Source: Octopus sinensis
Taxonomy: Eukaryota
Direction: 5' to 3'
Length of the DNA stretch: 64,000 bases
Assembly (NCBI RefSeq): GCF_006345805.1
Contig: NC_043000.1
Location: 119,040,001-119,104,000 of the forward strand
Made by a program: the position numbers and the translations under genes. Shown here in pieces: positions 12,525 to 24,969 of the stretch. The notes under the pieces were generated by a model, which worked only from the letters and a program-made list of their open reading frames with translations, did no database searches and was not told the origin of the DNA. Numbering within the stretch: position 1 is the first letter of the stretch; each line of letters begins with the position of its first letter.

Positions 12525-13209
12525 ATATGCCACCTGTTCAACTCCTACCGTTTCTAGGGCAACGAAGAAAACTTTTTTCGAAATCAGTGATATGAGCTTT
12601 TAGCAGGATAAATTTCAGGCAAAGTAACCTAGTTTCAGAGAAAAATCTTCTTTCGAAAGTTATGAAAATAATAATAAAAAAAAGGCTCAGAGAGTCCTTT
12701 TACCAGGCATAACAGGGTTAAAGAATAACTCAAAAACGTAGAAGAGAAGAAGAGATCACTTGAAAATCCAGTGGCTTCAATATCTGCTCGCGCAGATGTG
12801 CTGCAACGGTCATCGTCAGCTTCTGGTATCTTAGTAACGCTTACCCGCATCACGTTCCACTCGTTCGCTCTGACGTCGAAACAAATAATTTGGAGCATAA
12901 CACACACACGAGCTCGATCGAGCCGGCCGGTGGATAGTCGTTTCTTTCCTTCTCGTGCCACATGCCAAAGCTTCGAATGGTACTTCTTACTCTCATGCTA
13001 CAGTGTAAAATTAAACAACTCGTACTGGTTTTATGAACTCAGTATATTTATGTTTAGCGTCTGGTACTATTTTGTGTTCGTGAAGAGCAGTCGTAAGATG
13101 GAGAGATTGTAACATATCAACACACCATTTAAGATATATCTAGAATTCACCTCACATTTATACGTAGACTGCGTCAAAGAAATTTTCTTGTTATATAACT
13201 ATTCGTAAA

Positions 13210-13430
13210 GCGGCGAGCTGGCAGAATCGTTGGCACGCCCAACAGAATGCTTAGCGACATTTCATCCGTCTTTACATTCTGAGTTCAAATTCCGTTGAGG
13301 TCGACTTTACCTTTCATCCTTCCGGGGTCGATAACATAAGTATCAGTTGAACACTGCCGTCATTGTAATAGACTTATCTCCTTCCCCGAGCTTGATGGAC
13401 TTGTACCAAAATTTGAAATCGTTATATTAA
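13210..13430 (+). mobile_element. tRNA-derived SINE family B
   Basis: GGCGAGCTGGCAGAATCGTT A-box-like head, GAGTTCAAATTCC B-box, CCTTTCATCCTTCCGGGGTCGATAA central block. Many copies in the window (20345-20560 -, 22579-22910 +, 28612-28830 -, 41865-42085 +, 45176-45300 +, 49870-50090 -, 56307-56527 +). Confidence 0.88.
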
Positions 13431-13679
13431 TTATTCGTAGTTGTTGCGGCAACATTATACACTAAATACCCTACATTGAATAACCTATACTGCACTTTAC
13501 CAAATGGCTTACAGTATTTTGCTAAGTTTTCAAAGTAACTATTTTTATTCGATCTATTTCTTGCTCTCACAGCATAAAATTAACCTCATTATTTCAATCA
13601 GTTTACATACAAGTTTTGTTCTCTCAGATTCCATTGTTTTATATTTCATTTCGTAGATTACTAAACTTTCAATTTCTCT

Positions 13680-13951
13680 TACTTCTATTCAAGAATATCT
13701 TTTCTTTTACTTGTTTCAATCATTAGACTGCAGCCAAGCTGAGGCATCACTTTCAAGAATTTTAGACGAACGAAATCAACCCCAGCACTTGTCTTTTTAA
13801 AGCTTGGTGCTTATTCTATCGGTCTCTTTGCTGAGCCGCGAAGCACATGAGCACATCAAAACCAGTTGTCAAGCAGTGATGGGGACAAACACAGACAATA
13901 TGTACCCTAATATTTTTACCAGAGATCAATCCTATAGCCACTACACACGCA

Positions 13952-14018
<67 letters not shown>

Positions 14019-14035
14019 TTAATTTTCCGTCTACC
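13680..14035 (-). mobile_element. Diverged SINE family A 3' half
   Basis: Reverse complement of the family A tail and body; mirrored at ~49290-49600. Confidence 0.75.
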
Positions 14036-14859
14036 AAGTAAAAATGTAATGGAAAATTGGTCAGTTTCAAAACATTGATGTTCAGGTCAGAAAAGCAAAG
14101 TTTGAAGGAAATAGTAGTCATTTCCTTTGATTTCTAGATAGAAGCAAATGGGAAATAACGCTGACCAAAAACAAAAGAATATTACTCGGTGTAATTGAAT
14201 CAAAGATCTCTATATTCCAAAAGACTCCCTTCACGTGCCCGAAGAAAAAGCAAATGACGTGCTATCTCGGAGCTAGGAAATAGAGAACATCTGAGGTACA
14301 TCTTGAATAAAAAGGTACATCGAATGGGTTAATTGTTGCAGATATGTAACAATTTATAGCGTTTTGTCATAGAAATCGACAATTCTGAAAACATTCAAAA
14401 TCATTTATAAACCTCGTTTTATTGAAGCGAAGTATATTTACATAATGAACTGTATAAATCTACTAGAAATTCAGTCTTAATTCGTATTTCATCTAATATA
14501 TATAAGATATAAAATATTTTCAAATTTCATGCGAGTTTGTAATAAAAATTAAGCAATTCATAATTTTATAATGGCATATTTTAATAAGATTACTTAGCAA
14601 AGCTTTAAAAATTTTCAATTGATTTCTTAAGAGTGGTAGTAATACATTTCTACGTATTTCTACGTAATTTATTCAGTTAAGCGATAAAATTTCATAAAGG
14701 GAAATAAGAAAATATGTAAAAGATTGATGAAGAGCAAACTATTAAAAAACACCCAAAGAATGGCAAAATTCCGAGAACAATAAGGGACATTTTAAATAGT
14801 TAAATTTTCAATCGAAAAATACCCATCATCTTGTTTATTTCTTCTTCTCAGTTATTTAA

Positions 14860-15806
14860 TTAACATTTCCAATTACTGAATTCAGAAATTTTGTCCAGTG
14901 GAACTGGATTCTGAATCCATTGCAAAGCTTGAGACACAGTCACAATCCATACATCGTTATTGAGGGAAACTTCTTTCAAAAATGTCTGCAATGCAGCTAA
15001 ATTCTTCATAAGCCATGGCATATGCAAAAATATGCCGAAAGGTGCCTTATTTCTTTTGTAATGGCGATTAAAGTTGTATTTCAAGTAACTTATGACATCC
15101 TTTGAGTTTTGAGGAACTCTATTTTCATCAGCCATTGAAAAAGAATCATCTCCTGCTTCATTGTACCAACGTATAAGAGGGACTTCCCAAAATCCTGGAT
15201 ATGTGTTCTTTGGACAGCCTTTAAGTTGACAATATTTATATGTAACCGGGTAATCAAGTGTAAAGGGCCATATTGGTATTTCTGTAGTAGTAGAAAGTGA
15301 ACCTGTTACCATCGAAGTATCGTAGAGAAATTCATTATCTTTCAATGTCTCGTACTGGATCTTATTCCCTAGTGCAAGAAACGGTGAACGATATCCTACA
15401 AGATTTTCTTTTGGAATACTGGCCTTTTCACTAAGCCAGTTTTTCATGCCAACAATTTCACGATAATAATCAATGTAACTAGCACTATACCAGTATGAAA
15501 TTGGGAATTTATGCGTTTGGGTGTGAGTAGCTATTTCATGCTTTAGGTCATATAATTCTTTCACGAGAGCAGCATCAGTCGTTTCGCTGTGGGACACGTA
15601 AAACGTTGCTCCAATAGGACAGCCGTTTGGATTGGTTAGGTTCATGCTAAACAAATTTCTGTAATAAACGAAAGTACGCCGGAGAACTGCGTCGTCAAAA
15701 GTCAATAGAATTATCTGCGGAGTTGAATTTGTTGGAAGGGAGCCTGGAATTTCCGGCCCAGGACATTTACATTTCGGTAGCTTGCAATGTTCTGGTTGAC
15801 AGGGAC
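14860..15806 (-). CDS. Exon 2 of left chitin-deacetylase-like gene: CE4/NodB polysaccharide deacetylase domain (315 aa)
   Basis: Acceptor ttgtag|GT (phase 1, matching exon 1). Intact motifs TFDD, HTQTH, RSPF, YDTS, GIFLH. Stop TAA at 14860-14862; AATAAA at 14668-14673 on the minus strand. Confidence 0.93.
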
Positions 15807-16699
15807 CTACAAAGTAAAAAAACCATAAAATCAAACCAAAAGATGAAAGTTTTTTTTTTTTTAATGGATACGAACACACATCTGCTAACTAACTCTTATA
15901 TGGAATGAGGCCTAGAGCTATTGATCTACAACAATAAAAAAAGAAACAGGAGTTCCAACCATTGATACGGGTGTAAAAATGCAATTATACAAACAATAGG
16001 GGAAATCTGTGGAATCAGAGAAAACTGCGCAAAAAATTCATTTGTCGTGGGGATTTTGGAAGGTTGTTCATCAACAGAGAGCAGAATGATGCAGTTATCT
16101 TGTAAACATAACCATTTATACGATTATTGCTATCGGAGAAAAATAAATAATTATATAACACTATAAAGTAATCATTTCAAAGATCACTGAAATTCTTCGT
16201 GAAAATACATAGATCTGAACGTGTATGTTATGCATAGAAATACACCCGGTGAACGCCGCTGTTAAAGCGACTCCATGGCTTGCTTATCGAGGAATATCAG
16301 TGAACGCAGTTCTTTTCTAATATCGTGGAGAGATTTCCATCAACGTTAACTATACTTCATTTTAGCTGAATGGTTATTAACTAAACTTAAGCTATCTGAC
16401 GCATTTATATCAGTCAATGTATATTACACAGTAATATAATGGTATTTATTTTATCAAACCGGATAGGATGAAAGGCAAAGCAGACCTCGGCAGAATTTGA
16501 ACTCAGAGCATATCAGACAATTTATATTACACAGACCACTTGAGCTGATGTTTGTGAAACACAAAATTTAATTCTCTATTTTATCCCATTATTTGAATGT
16601 TTAAACATCTCCATTGCTAGAGATTACTCTTTTCATTTAATTTGCTGAGAGGCTACAAGTCTATGAGGTCGCAGTTTACGTAGATTTTCAAGTAGTTTA

Positions 16700-17540
16700 G
16701 ACTGAGAACACAACACTGCCCCGCCTAACAAGATGCCAGTCGTTTGCAGAGTTTAGTTCCAGGTGCTATAGGTACTCATTTTGGTTAACAGGCAGCTCCG
16801 TCCAAAAGAATGACGATTAATTGCTGGAGAAATTAAACAAATAAACTACGAGTGATGTCAGTGAAATACCAAGATGAAAGTAATTAACCAAAATAAATTC
16901 TGCTCAACGGAACAGACTGCCCTCAGACTGAGAAGAATTTCGAAAAAGGAACCGAGCAATAATACCGTTTTTGATTGGTGTAACACTATGAGAAATGTTT
17001 GTGAGCAATAAATGGTAACTACGCAGCAACTCGGTGGATTAGATTACTCAGGGTTTCCCTTTATCGTAGATTTAGATGAATCGAAATACATGAATCAGAA
17101 ATATCATTGAGGAAAGTGGGACGATGCGAGTCATTGAGCATTTGACTCAATAGAAAGACGTACAGGCAAAGGCTGTCTATGAAAGCCGATCGTAGGCGGG
17201 AAACACTTTGGTTGATTATAACCTTGTGGTTATTGGTAGAGAAACGTACGATATGCAATGGATGGGCGTCCTATGTTAGTTTAGGTAATATGTATACACA
17301 TGAAGTTGTAAGCCATACTTTTAAATTCGTAAATCAAAACAATGAGAGTATACATGCTCAAACAATCGAAGTGAGATGGGTGCTCGCCAATAAACAAAAA
17401 CAGCCAAGGCGACAATGCAGAATGGGCAGTGCTTTATATACATCGTATCTGCAGGGGTGTTTTTGGAGAAGTATATTCGGAAACCATGAACTGTCATTCA
17501 CGAATCTGATTTCATATGACATGTTTTGCTTATAAAGAAA
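16700..17540 (+). mobile_element. Degenerate Merlin / ISXO2-like (IS1595-family) DDE transposase relic in the intron, antisense to the gene
   Basis: FDWCNTMRNVC (16970-17005), DESKYMNQKYH, then DRRRETL..I...TICNGWASY..L..Y.HEVVSH..KFV....IHAQTIE..W...YLQGCFWR, the Merlin/ISXO2 motif order. Confidence 0.75.
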
Positions 17541-18276
17541 AATTTCTTGCAAACATTGTTTTCAAGTTTAATTTATTTTCTAGTTTAAATCTGTTCTGTA
17601 ATTGCTTCGGTGGCGTTTTTTTTGTTGTTATCTATGCAGAATATTACAGAATATACTTTCATTTTGGGTTTCCGCCCTCGTCACTTCCATTTGTGACAGT
17701 ATTACTCATTTTATCGCCAATTACTCTCATTATTTTATGACTCAAAACTATGTTGATCCTGATTATCAGAGTTTACTGGAGCGACAGGAGATAAAATACC
17801 CTATTCAAAAACCCAACCCGCAACACAGTCCGAGAATTGAGTCCAAAGTCACCTTTTCAGGATGAAATATAGTAGTTAAAATGACTATATCCTATACTAT
17901 ATACAATACCTCTTATCTAAAATAATCTATCAAACTTGTATACAAGATCGTTAACAAGTGGTGAATTACAATTTCGGATATAAACTCATGTTTTACGCCG
18001 TTTAATATTTTAAGAAATGGTCGTTCGTAAGAAGCAACATAAAATCGATAAGTGACTGCTTAGAATAGGAAATATTTTAAGCTTAAAAGATAAGAGAAAG
18101 AACAGCAGTTTTGAATAAATACCAAATTCAGAGTGTTGTAAACTGGATTATATATAACTCTAGTTCGACAATCAGAGATCACTTATTTCTTATTGAGTTA
18201 CTACTGTGGCAAGAGATAAAAATATCACTGAAAGAAGAGATTTGGTACATAAAATTCTTGAAAATATATTACTTAC

Positions 18277-18835
18277 CAGTGAGTTGGGGTTTAGAAGTAG
18301 TGGTTTTTGGCTGATCATCCTGGTTGTGGCACTTGACAGTTTTTGGAAGATTTGAACAGACACAGATGCTAGCTACTGGATTGAAATCTGTTCCTTCAGG
18401 ACAAGTTTTTAATACGCCTGTTTCAAATCCCGTACAAATATAGAACAGGGAATTGTTTGTTTCATGGCACTTATACTCATTGCTTTTTCTACAGCTTTTC
18501 AGAGAATGTAATGGTTTAGAAGTAGGAACACTGTGAGTGGTAACACGGGTGGTTTTTGACTGATCTCTATCTGATTTGCAAAAGTCAACGCCAGAGACTG
18601 GCCAGTCACAGCTCTTCGTTTTTGGATTGAAAATTATATTTTGAGGACAATTGATCAATACTTTTTTACCAAATGCACACTGATAGTATTGGAAATCGTT
18701 TGTTTCATGGCACTTATATTCACCGTTTGAACAGCTTTCCTGAGAATATGATGGAATAATAAATAAGACATGGAGCAAAATTAATGACAGCCAAAATGTG
18801 TGTTGGCGTTTCAGGTAAAAACCTTGAAAGCCCAT
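18277..18835 (-). CDS. Exon 1 of left gene: signal peptide, two CBM14 (peritrophin-A-like) domains, Thr-rich linker (186 aa + 1 nt); spliced product 501 aa
   Basis: ATG at 18835, hydrophobic WLSLILLHVLFIIPSYS, two Cys-rich domains with C-x12-C containing FNP and CDWP, donor ACT G|gtaagt in phase 1. Confidence 0.9.
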
Positions 18836-19069
18836 TTCGATGAACTATTTGTCAATATAAATGTATATATATATATTGATTAAAGTGTTATGCATAAAGT
18901 CTGAAGTTTAGGCTGCGACTAAAATTGCTTGATTTCTTTATTGCTTTTATACACTTTGTAACATAGAACGAACCACAATGACTATTAATGGGGAGGTTAT
19001 GTATAACTTTTTAAAAAATTCTGCCCACCATTCTCTCACATCGTCTATGTAGAGGGACAAGCCTTATTG

Positions 19070-19187
19070 TAAAGAAAGAAAGAAAGAAAGAAAGAAAGAA
19101 CGAAAGAAAGAAAAAAGAAAGGAAGAAAGATCGAAAGGAAGAAAGAAACAAAGAAAAAAGAAAGGAAGACAGAAAGAAAAAATTAAA

Positions 19188-19239
<52 letters not shown>

Positions 19240-19299
19240 GAAGGAAGAAAGAAAGGAAGAAAGAAAATATAATTAAATACAGAAATAAAGAAATAAATA

Positions 19300-19335
<36 letters not shown>
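19070..19335. repeat. (GAAA)n purine tract upstream of the left gene; shorter mirror at 43105-43250
   Basis: Direct inspection. Confidence 0.93.
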
Positions 19336-19517
19336 GAGCAGGCGTTTGACGAGTTTCTTTTTTTTCGGTAACAAGTTTTTGTGAATGTGAGAGTGAATGT
19401 AGAATGCAATGTCATGCTTCACAAGGACGTTTTAATAAGAGAAAACACTTTCTAAATCACGGAGATGTACTTGCATAGCAAGTGACCTGATCTAAGGTCG
19501 TGTGCTAGAATGAAAAC

Positions 19518-19796
19518 AATTGTAGCGTGGAAGGTGTTTATAAGTCATTTAGGAAACACAAAAACAGTAAGATTCACTTCAACATTTAAATTTATTTTGC
19601 CAAAATATTTTCGTCGCTTTGAGACCGCAACCTGATCACTGACAAAATTCCGTACAGCATGGAATTTTGTCAGTGATCAGGTCGCGGTCTGAAAGCGATG
19701 AAGATATTTTGGCAAAATAAATATAAATGTTGAAGTGAATCTAACGGTTTGTGTGTGTTTTTTTAATGGCTTATAAACACCTTCCACGCTGCAATT
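19518..19796. mobile_element. ~280-bp fold-back palindrome from a PLE-type terminus, with a hammerhead-like motif in each arm
   Basis: Arms invert around 19652-19660. Minus strand 19595-19647 reads UUUUGUCA GUGAUCAG GUUGC..GCGAC GAAAAUAUUU UGGCAAAA. Confidence 0.7.
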
Positions 19797-21465
19797 ACTT
19801 TCCACGTTTCCATTCCCTACTTACGCAGCAAATTTTTCCCACCTCAAGGCCACGAATACATATCGGTGGAACTGCGGGCCTTTCAGGCTTTACCAAGAAT
19901 ATTTGTAGAGTAATTTGAGTGCATTACATTCGACTAAAAATAACGATCACAGTATATATTTATTTCTTTCTTCTGCGATTAAAATTCCAAATTCTTTGGG
20001 GTGTTAGACGTGGTCTCTTCCACTTAGTAGACTTTAGTGTAGTTCGCTGTTGCAAGCGTATGGAACAGGTTCGTGACTGGAGATTGTCATAACTTCCCGT
20101 CTATACTTCCCAAGATGTCAAAAACTAACGCTAAATACTCTAGACAATTACCTCCTCCGCTTCTCTAACATCCCTGTATTCCGATCCAACCTCAACGTTG
20201 TACATCACTTCTTAACAGGCTAGCATATCATACATTCTGATCTTCTCAAGGTGCGAATATTTTCGTCTTTATCAATAGATTAGTTTCGAGGTCCAGATTA
20301 GACTCTTTACTCAAAGTTCACTCCAGAAAGTGTTGCCCGAAACTATAGTGATTTCAAATTTTGGCACAAGTCAGCAAACTCCGGTGGAAGGGGTAAGTCG
20401 ATTACATCGATCCCACTGCTCAACTGGTACTCAATTTAGCGACTCCGAAAGGATAACAGGCAGTCAACCTCGGCGGAATTTGAACTCAGATCATAAAGAC
20501 AGACGAAATGTCGCTGAGCATTTTGCCCGGCATGCTAACAATTCTGCCAGCTAGCTGCCTAAAGTTGCCTGTAACTATACTGATTTCATTCATTTACACT
20601 CACATATTCCCTTGGACATCGGCAACAAGGACTTCCACTTAACTGACTCAGACTTTCTTTCTTCGCCCTCCTACAAGGTATATGTTACCTCAAGCACTCT
20701 GTGAACTTAAGCTACCAATTTTCGACTGTATTTCTTCCTGCTTCGAAAGTGTTTATCTCACTTCACATCTATGCACTTGGAGGGTCATCCAACGATTGCT
20801 TTAGCGTAACTAGTCCGCGCATGCTCAGCTATGACTTAGATCTACACCACACCCACCTTCTGCAAACCAATAACATCTCATGTCAGCTAATTGATTATAG
20901 CTCCGTCTCTTTTCATACCAGTTATCCCTGGCAATAAATGTATGTTACTTGTGAGTTATGAGAAATAGCTAGGCATGAGATTGAAAGCAATCCACACGCA
21001 AACATGACCTCAATCCTACAAGTAGTTCCATAATAGATGCCCTGCAACAATTCATGTAAAGAACACAGAACCCAACACCTGGAGAAAAATCGCTAGAACT
21101 ACACGCTGGACCCGGTACTGCAACTCCTGTAAAACCATCTTTGGAACTGCAACGGGTAATTCCGTACCTCGCACCGGTTGAAAGCCTTAGTGAGTCTTAG
21201 ACTTAAAGTGACCCCGTTAGTCACTTACTAAAATTATTTCTACAAACTTTATAGAATCTTTCTTCATGCAACTTTACAATGACGATTGTTCATGAAGCAG
21301 TATACCCGCAGAGGAAATCACCTTCTTTGCTTCGCGTGTATGAAGTATCTCACAACATACACTAGTTAAATCTGGTCGCTTCGAGTGGACAATGTCCATT
21401 CTATTATCCTCAAACAATGCACCATCAGAAAACAGCAATCTCTTTCTGTTATTTACATTCATCGT

Positions 21466-21830
21466 GGAGGCGCAATGACCCAGTGATTAGGGTGGCAAAC
21501 TTACGGGTTCGATTCCCAGACCGGGCGTTGTGAGTATTTATTGAGTGAAAACACCTGAAGCGCCACGAGGCTCCGGCAGCGGGTGGTGGCGAACCCTACT
21601 GTACTCTTTCACAATACCATTCACTCTTTCTTCCCGTTTCTGTTGTACCTGTATTTCAAAGGGCCAGCCTTGTCACACATTGTGTCACGCTGAATCTCCC
21701 CGAGAACTACGTTAAAGGTACACGTGTCTGTGGAGTGCTCAACCACTTGCACGTTAATTTCACGACCAGGCTGTTCCTTTAATCGGATCAACTGGAACCC
21801 TCGTCGCCGTAACCGACGGAGAGCCAAGAA
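21466..21830 (+). mobile_element. tRNA-derived SINE family C; mirror at ~40608-40975 (-)
   Basis: TGACCCAGTGATTAG A-box-like, GGTTCGATTCCC B-box, tail GGAACCCTCGTCGCCGTAACCGACGGAG. Confidence 0.75.
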
Positions 21831-21904
21831 TTATACAGGCATTGGCATATGGCTACATACATATTCAGACGAATATGGGTAAAACATAAATATATACAAA
21901 TGCA

Positions 21905-22556
21905 TACACAGGGGTTGGTCAAAATAATGGAAACACCTAGCATCATAATTTTGAAATATCTATAAAACCGTCAAAAGCTTGTTTATCTTTATGTTTATTT
22001 ATATATTTATTATTAGTGTTGCTTAATGTTTTGCTAAAATTGCTGGGGCTTTTTCAGATATCATCAGAAAAAGATAATTAAAATTCATAAAAATGACCGA
22101 TCTATCGGTCTTTCAAAGAGATCAAATTGTTGGTGCTCGTATGGCAGGCGCTGGCGTAAAGAAAATAGCCGAAATGTTTGGTGAACTGTCTCGAAAGTAA
22201 TCACAGCCTTTGAGAAAGAGAGAAAAACCTCCTCGTTGAAACAAAACTCCGAAAGAAAACCAAAACTTTCAGATAGGGACCGGCGGATTCTTACGCGAAT
22301 TGTTAGGAAGGATCACAAAAGTACAGCTCCCAAAATTATTGCAGAGCTTAAAGACCACCTCGTAAACCCAGTTTTCACAAAATCTCTTCGCCAGGAGATG
22401 CACAAAGCCGGATTTTATGGGAGGGCTGCAATCAGATAACCACTACATTCAAAAAGAAACGTTGCAAAGCGTTTAGAGTAGAATTTAGAGTTATAACATT
22501 GGTTCCTAGAATGATTTTTTCTCGGACAAGTCATCCTTCACCAAATTCCAAGTAAT
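21905..22556 (+). mobile_element. Tc1-family transposon 5' end with decayed transposase N-terminus
   Basis: TA followed by CAGGGGTTGGTCAAAATAATGGAAAC TIR; MTDLSVFQRDQIVGARMAG..., GRKPK-like ERKPKLSDRDRRILTRIVRKD, GFYGRAA. Confidence 0.88.
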
Positions 22557-22944
22557 CTCATTCTCTACCTCTGTCTAAGGTGACGCGCTGGCAGAAACGT
22601 TAGCACGCCGGGTGAAATGCTTACCGGTATTTCGATAAATTAAGTACCAGTTACGCACTGGGGTCGATATAATCGACTTGATCCGTTTGTCTGTCCTTGT
22701 TTCTCCCGTCTGTGTTTAGCCCCTTGTGGGTAGTAAAGAAATAGGTATTTCGTCTGCCGCTACGTTTTGAGTTCAAATTCCGCCGAGGTCGTCTTTGCCT
22801 TTCATCCTTTCGGGATCGATGAATTAAGTACCAGTTGCGTACTCGGGTCGATCTAATCGACTGGCTTCCTCCCCACGAAATTTCGGTCCTTCTGCCTAGA
22901 GTAGAAAAGACTGTCTATCTATTTTCTCTTTCTAATTTTGTTTC

Positions 22945-23402
22945 TTTTGAAATATCTATAAAACCGTCAAAAGCTTGTTTATCTTTATGTTTATTTATAT
23001 ATTTATTATTAGTGTTGCTTAATGTTTTGCTAAAATTGCTGGGTTTTTTTCAGATATCATCAGAAAAAGATAATTAAAATTCATTAAAACGACCGATCTA
23101 TCGGTCTTTCAAAGAGATCAAATTGTTGGTGCTCGTATGGCAGGCGCTGGCGTAACGAAAACAGCCGAAATGTTTGGTGTACTGTCTCGAAAGTAATCAC
23201 AGCCTTTGAGAAAGAGGGAAAAACCTCCTCGTTGAAACAAAACTCCGAAAGAAAACCAAAACTTTCAGATAGGGACCGGCGGATTCTTACGCGAATTGTT
23301 AGAAAGGATCACAAAAGTACAGCTCCCAAAATTATTGCAGAGCTTAAAGACCACCTCGTAAACCCAGTTTCCACAATAACTCTTCGCCAGGAGATGCACA
23401 AA
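22945..23402 (+). mobile_element. Second copy of the same Tc1 fragment (left-arm-only block)
   Basis: Near-identical to 21950-22400. Confidence 0.88.
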
Positions 23403-23944
23403 GACTGTCTATCTATTTTCTCTTTCTAATTTTGTTTCTTTTTCTTTTATTTCTTTTCTTCTTTTCCTTTTTCTTTCTCTCACCACTTGTTATTCTCTGA
23501 GTTTCTTTTCGTTTTCGTTCTCTCGCCTCTGTCTACTAAGGTATTATGTGCGTGTGTGTTTATGCATTTGTATATATTTATGTTTTGCCTATATTTGTCT
23601 GTATATGTATGCAGTCAGGTACCAACGCCTGTATGTTTAGTGTATATAATGTATGTCTATATAGGTTGTTTGGTATGTGCATGTATTGCTAAATGTATAT
23701 GTATTTCAGGATGTTAGTTCTTTGTGAAAGTTTTTTAAACGTTTATATCTTTTAATTGATATAATTGATATAATTTATTTAAATTTATTGTTTTTTTTTG
23801 CCACAAATTACTTACCCTGGGTATTCAGGGCTTCTTCCTTCTACATAATCTTTGATTTAAGGTTTTCTTCGAATATTATAATAATATGATTTTCAACCGC
23901 AATTGTAATTTCATTCAAGCGTTTATTGAAAAGACCGTTAGTTC

Positions 23945-24765
<821 letters not shown>

Positions 24766-24913
24766 CTTTTATGTATTGATTAAGTCTTTTCTTGTTTGGT
24801 TTTAAAATAGGGGTTTTTTGTCTCGAATTATATTATATGATATTTTACTATAAAATTGGATTTAACCCTAAATCTGATTTTTCTCTGTAATTTTGGATTC
24901 ATTCCCTAATATT

Positions 24914-24969
<56 letters not shown>

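Noticed and set aside
12635-13112. Overlapping ~110-aa ORFs present in both arms
   Set aside because: No recognisable domain; ORF ends differ between arms.
13210-13300. tRNA-like A/B boxes here and in the other SINE heads as tRNA genes
   Set aside because: No complete cloverleaf seen; each continues into a shared SINE body and tail.
15807-15879. Upstream in-frame starts that would make the deacetylase exons single-exon genes (also 45862-45934)
   Set aside because: These 24 codons are polypyrimidine acceptor sequence; phase-1 splicing to the signal-peptide exon is the better model.
18836-19010. Promoter/TATA for the deacetylase genes
   Set aside because: TATA-like words are everywhere in this AT-rich DNA and upstream non-coding exons cannot be excluded.
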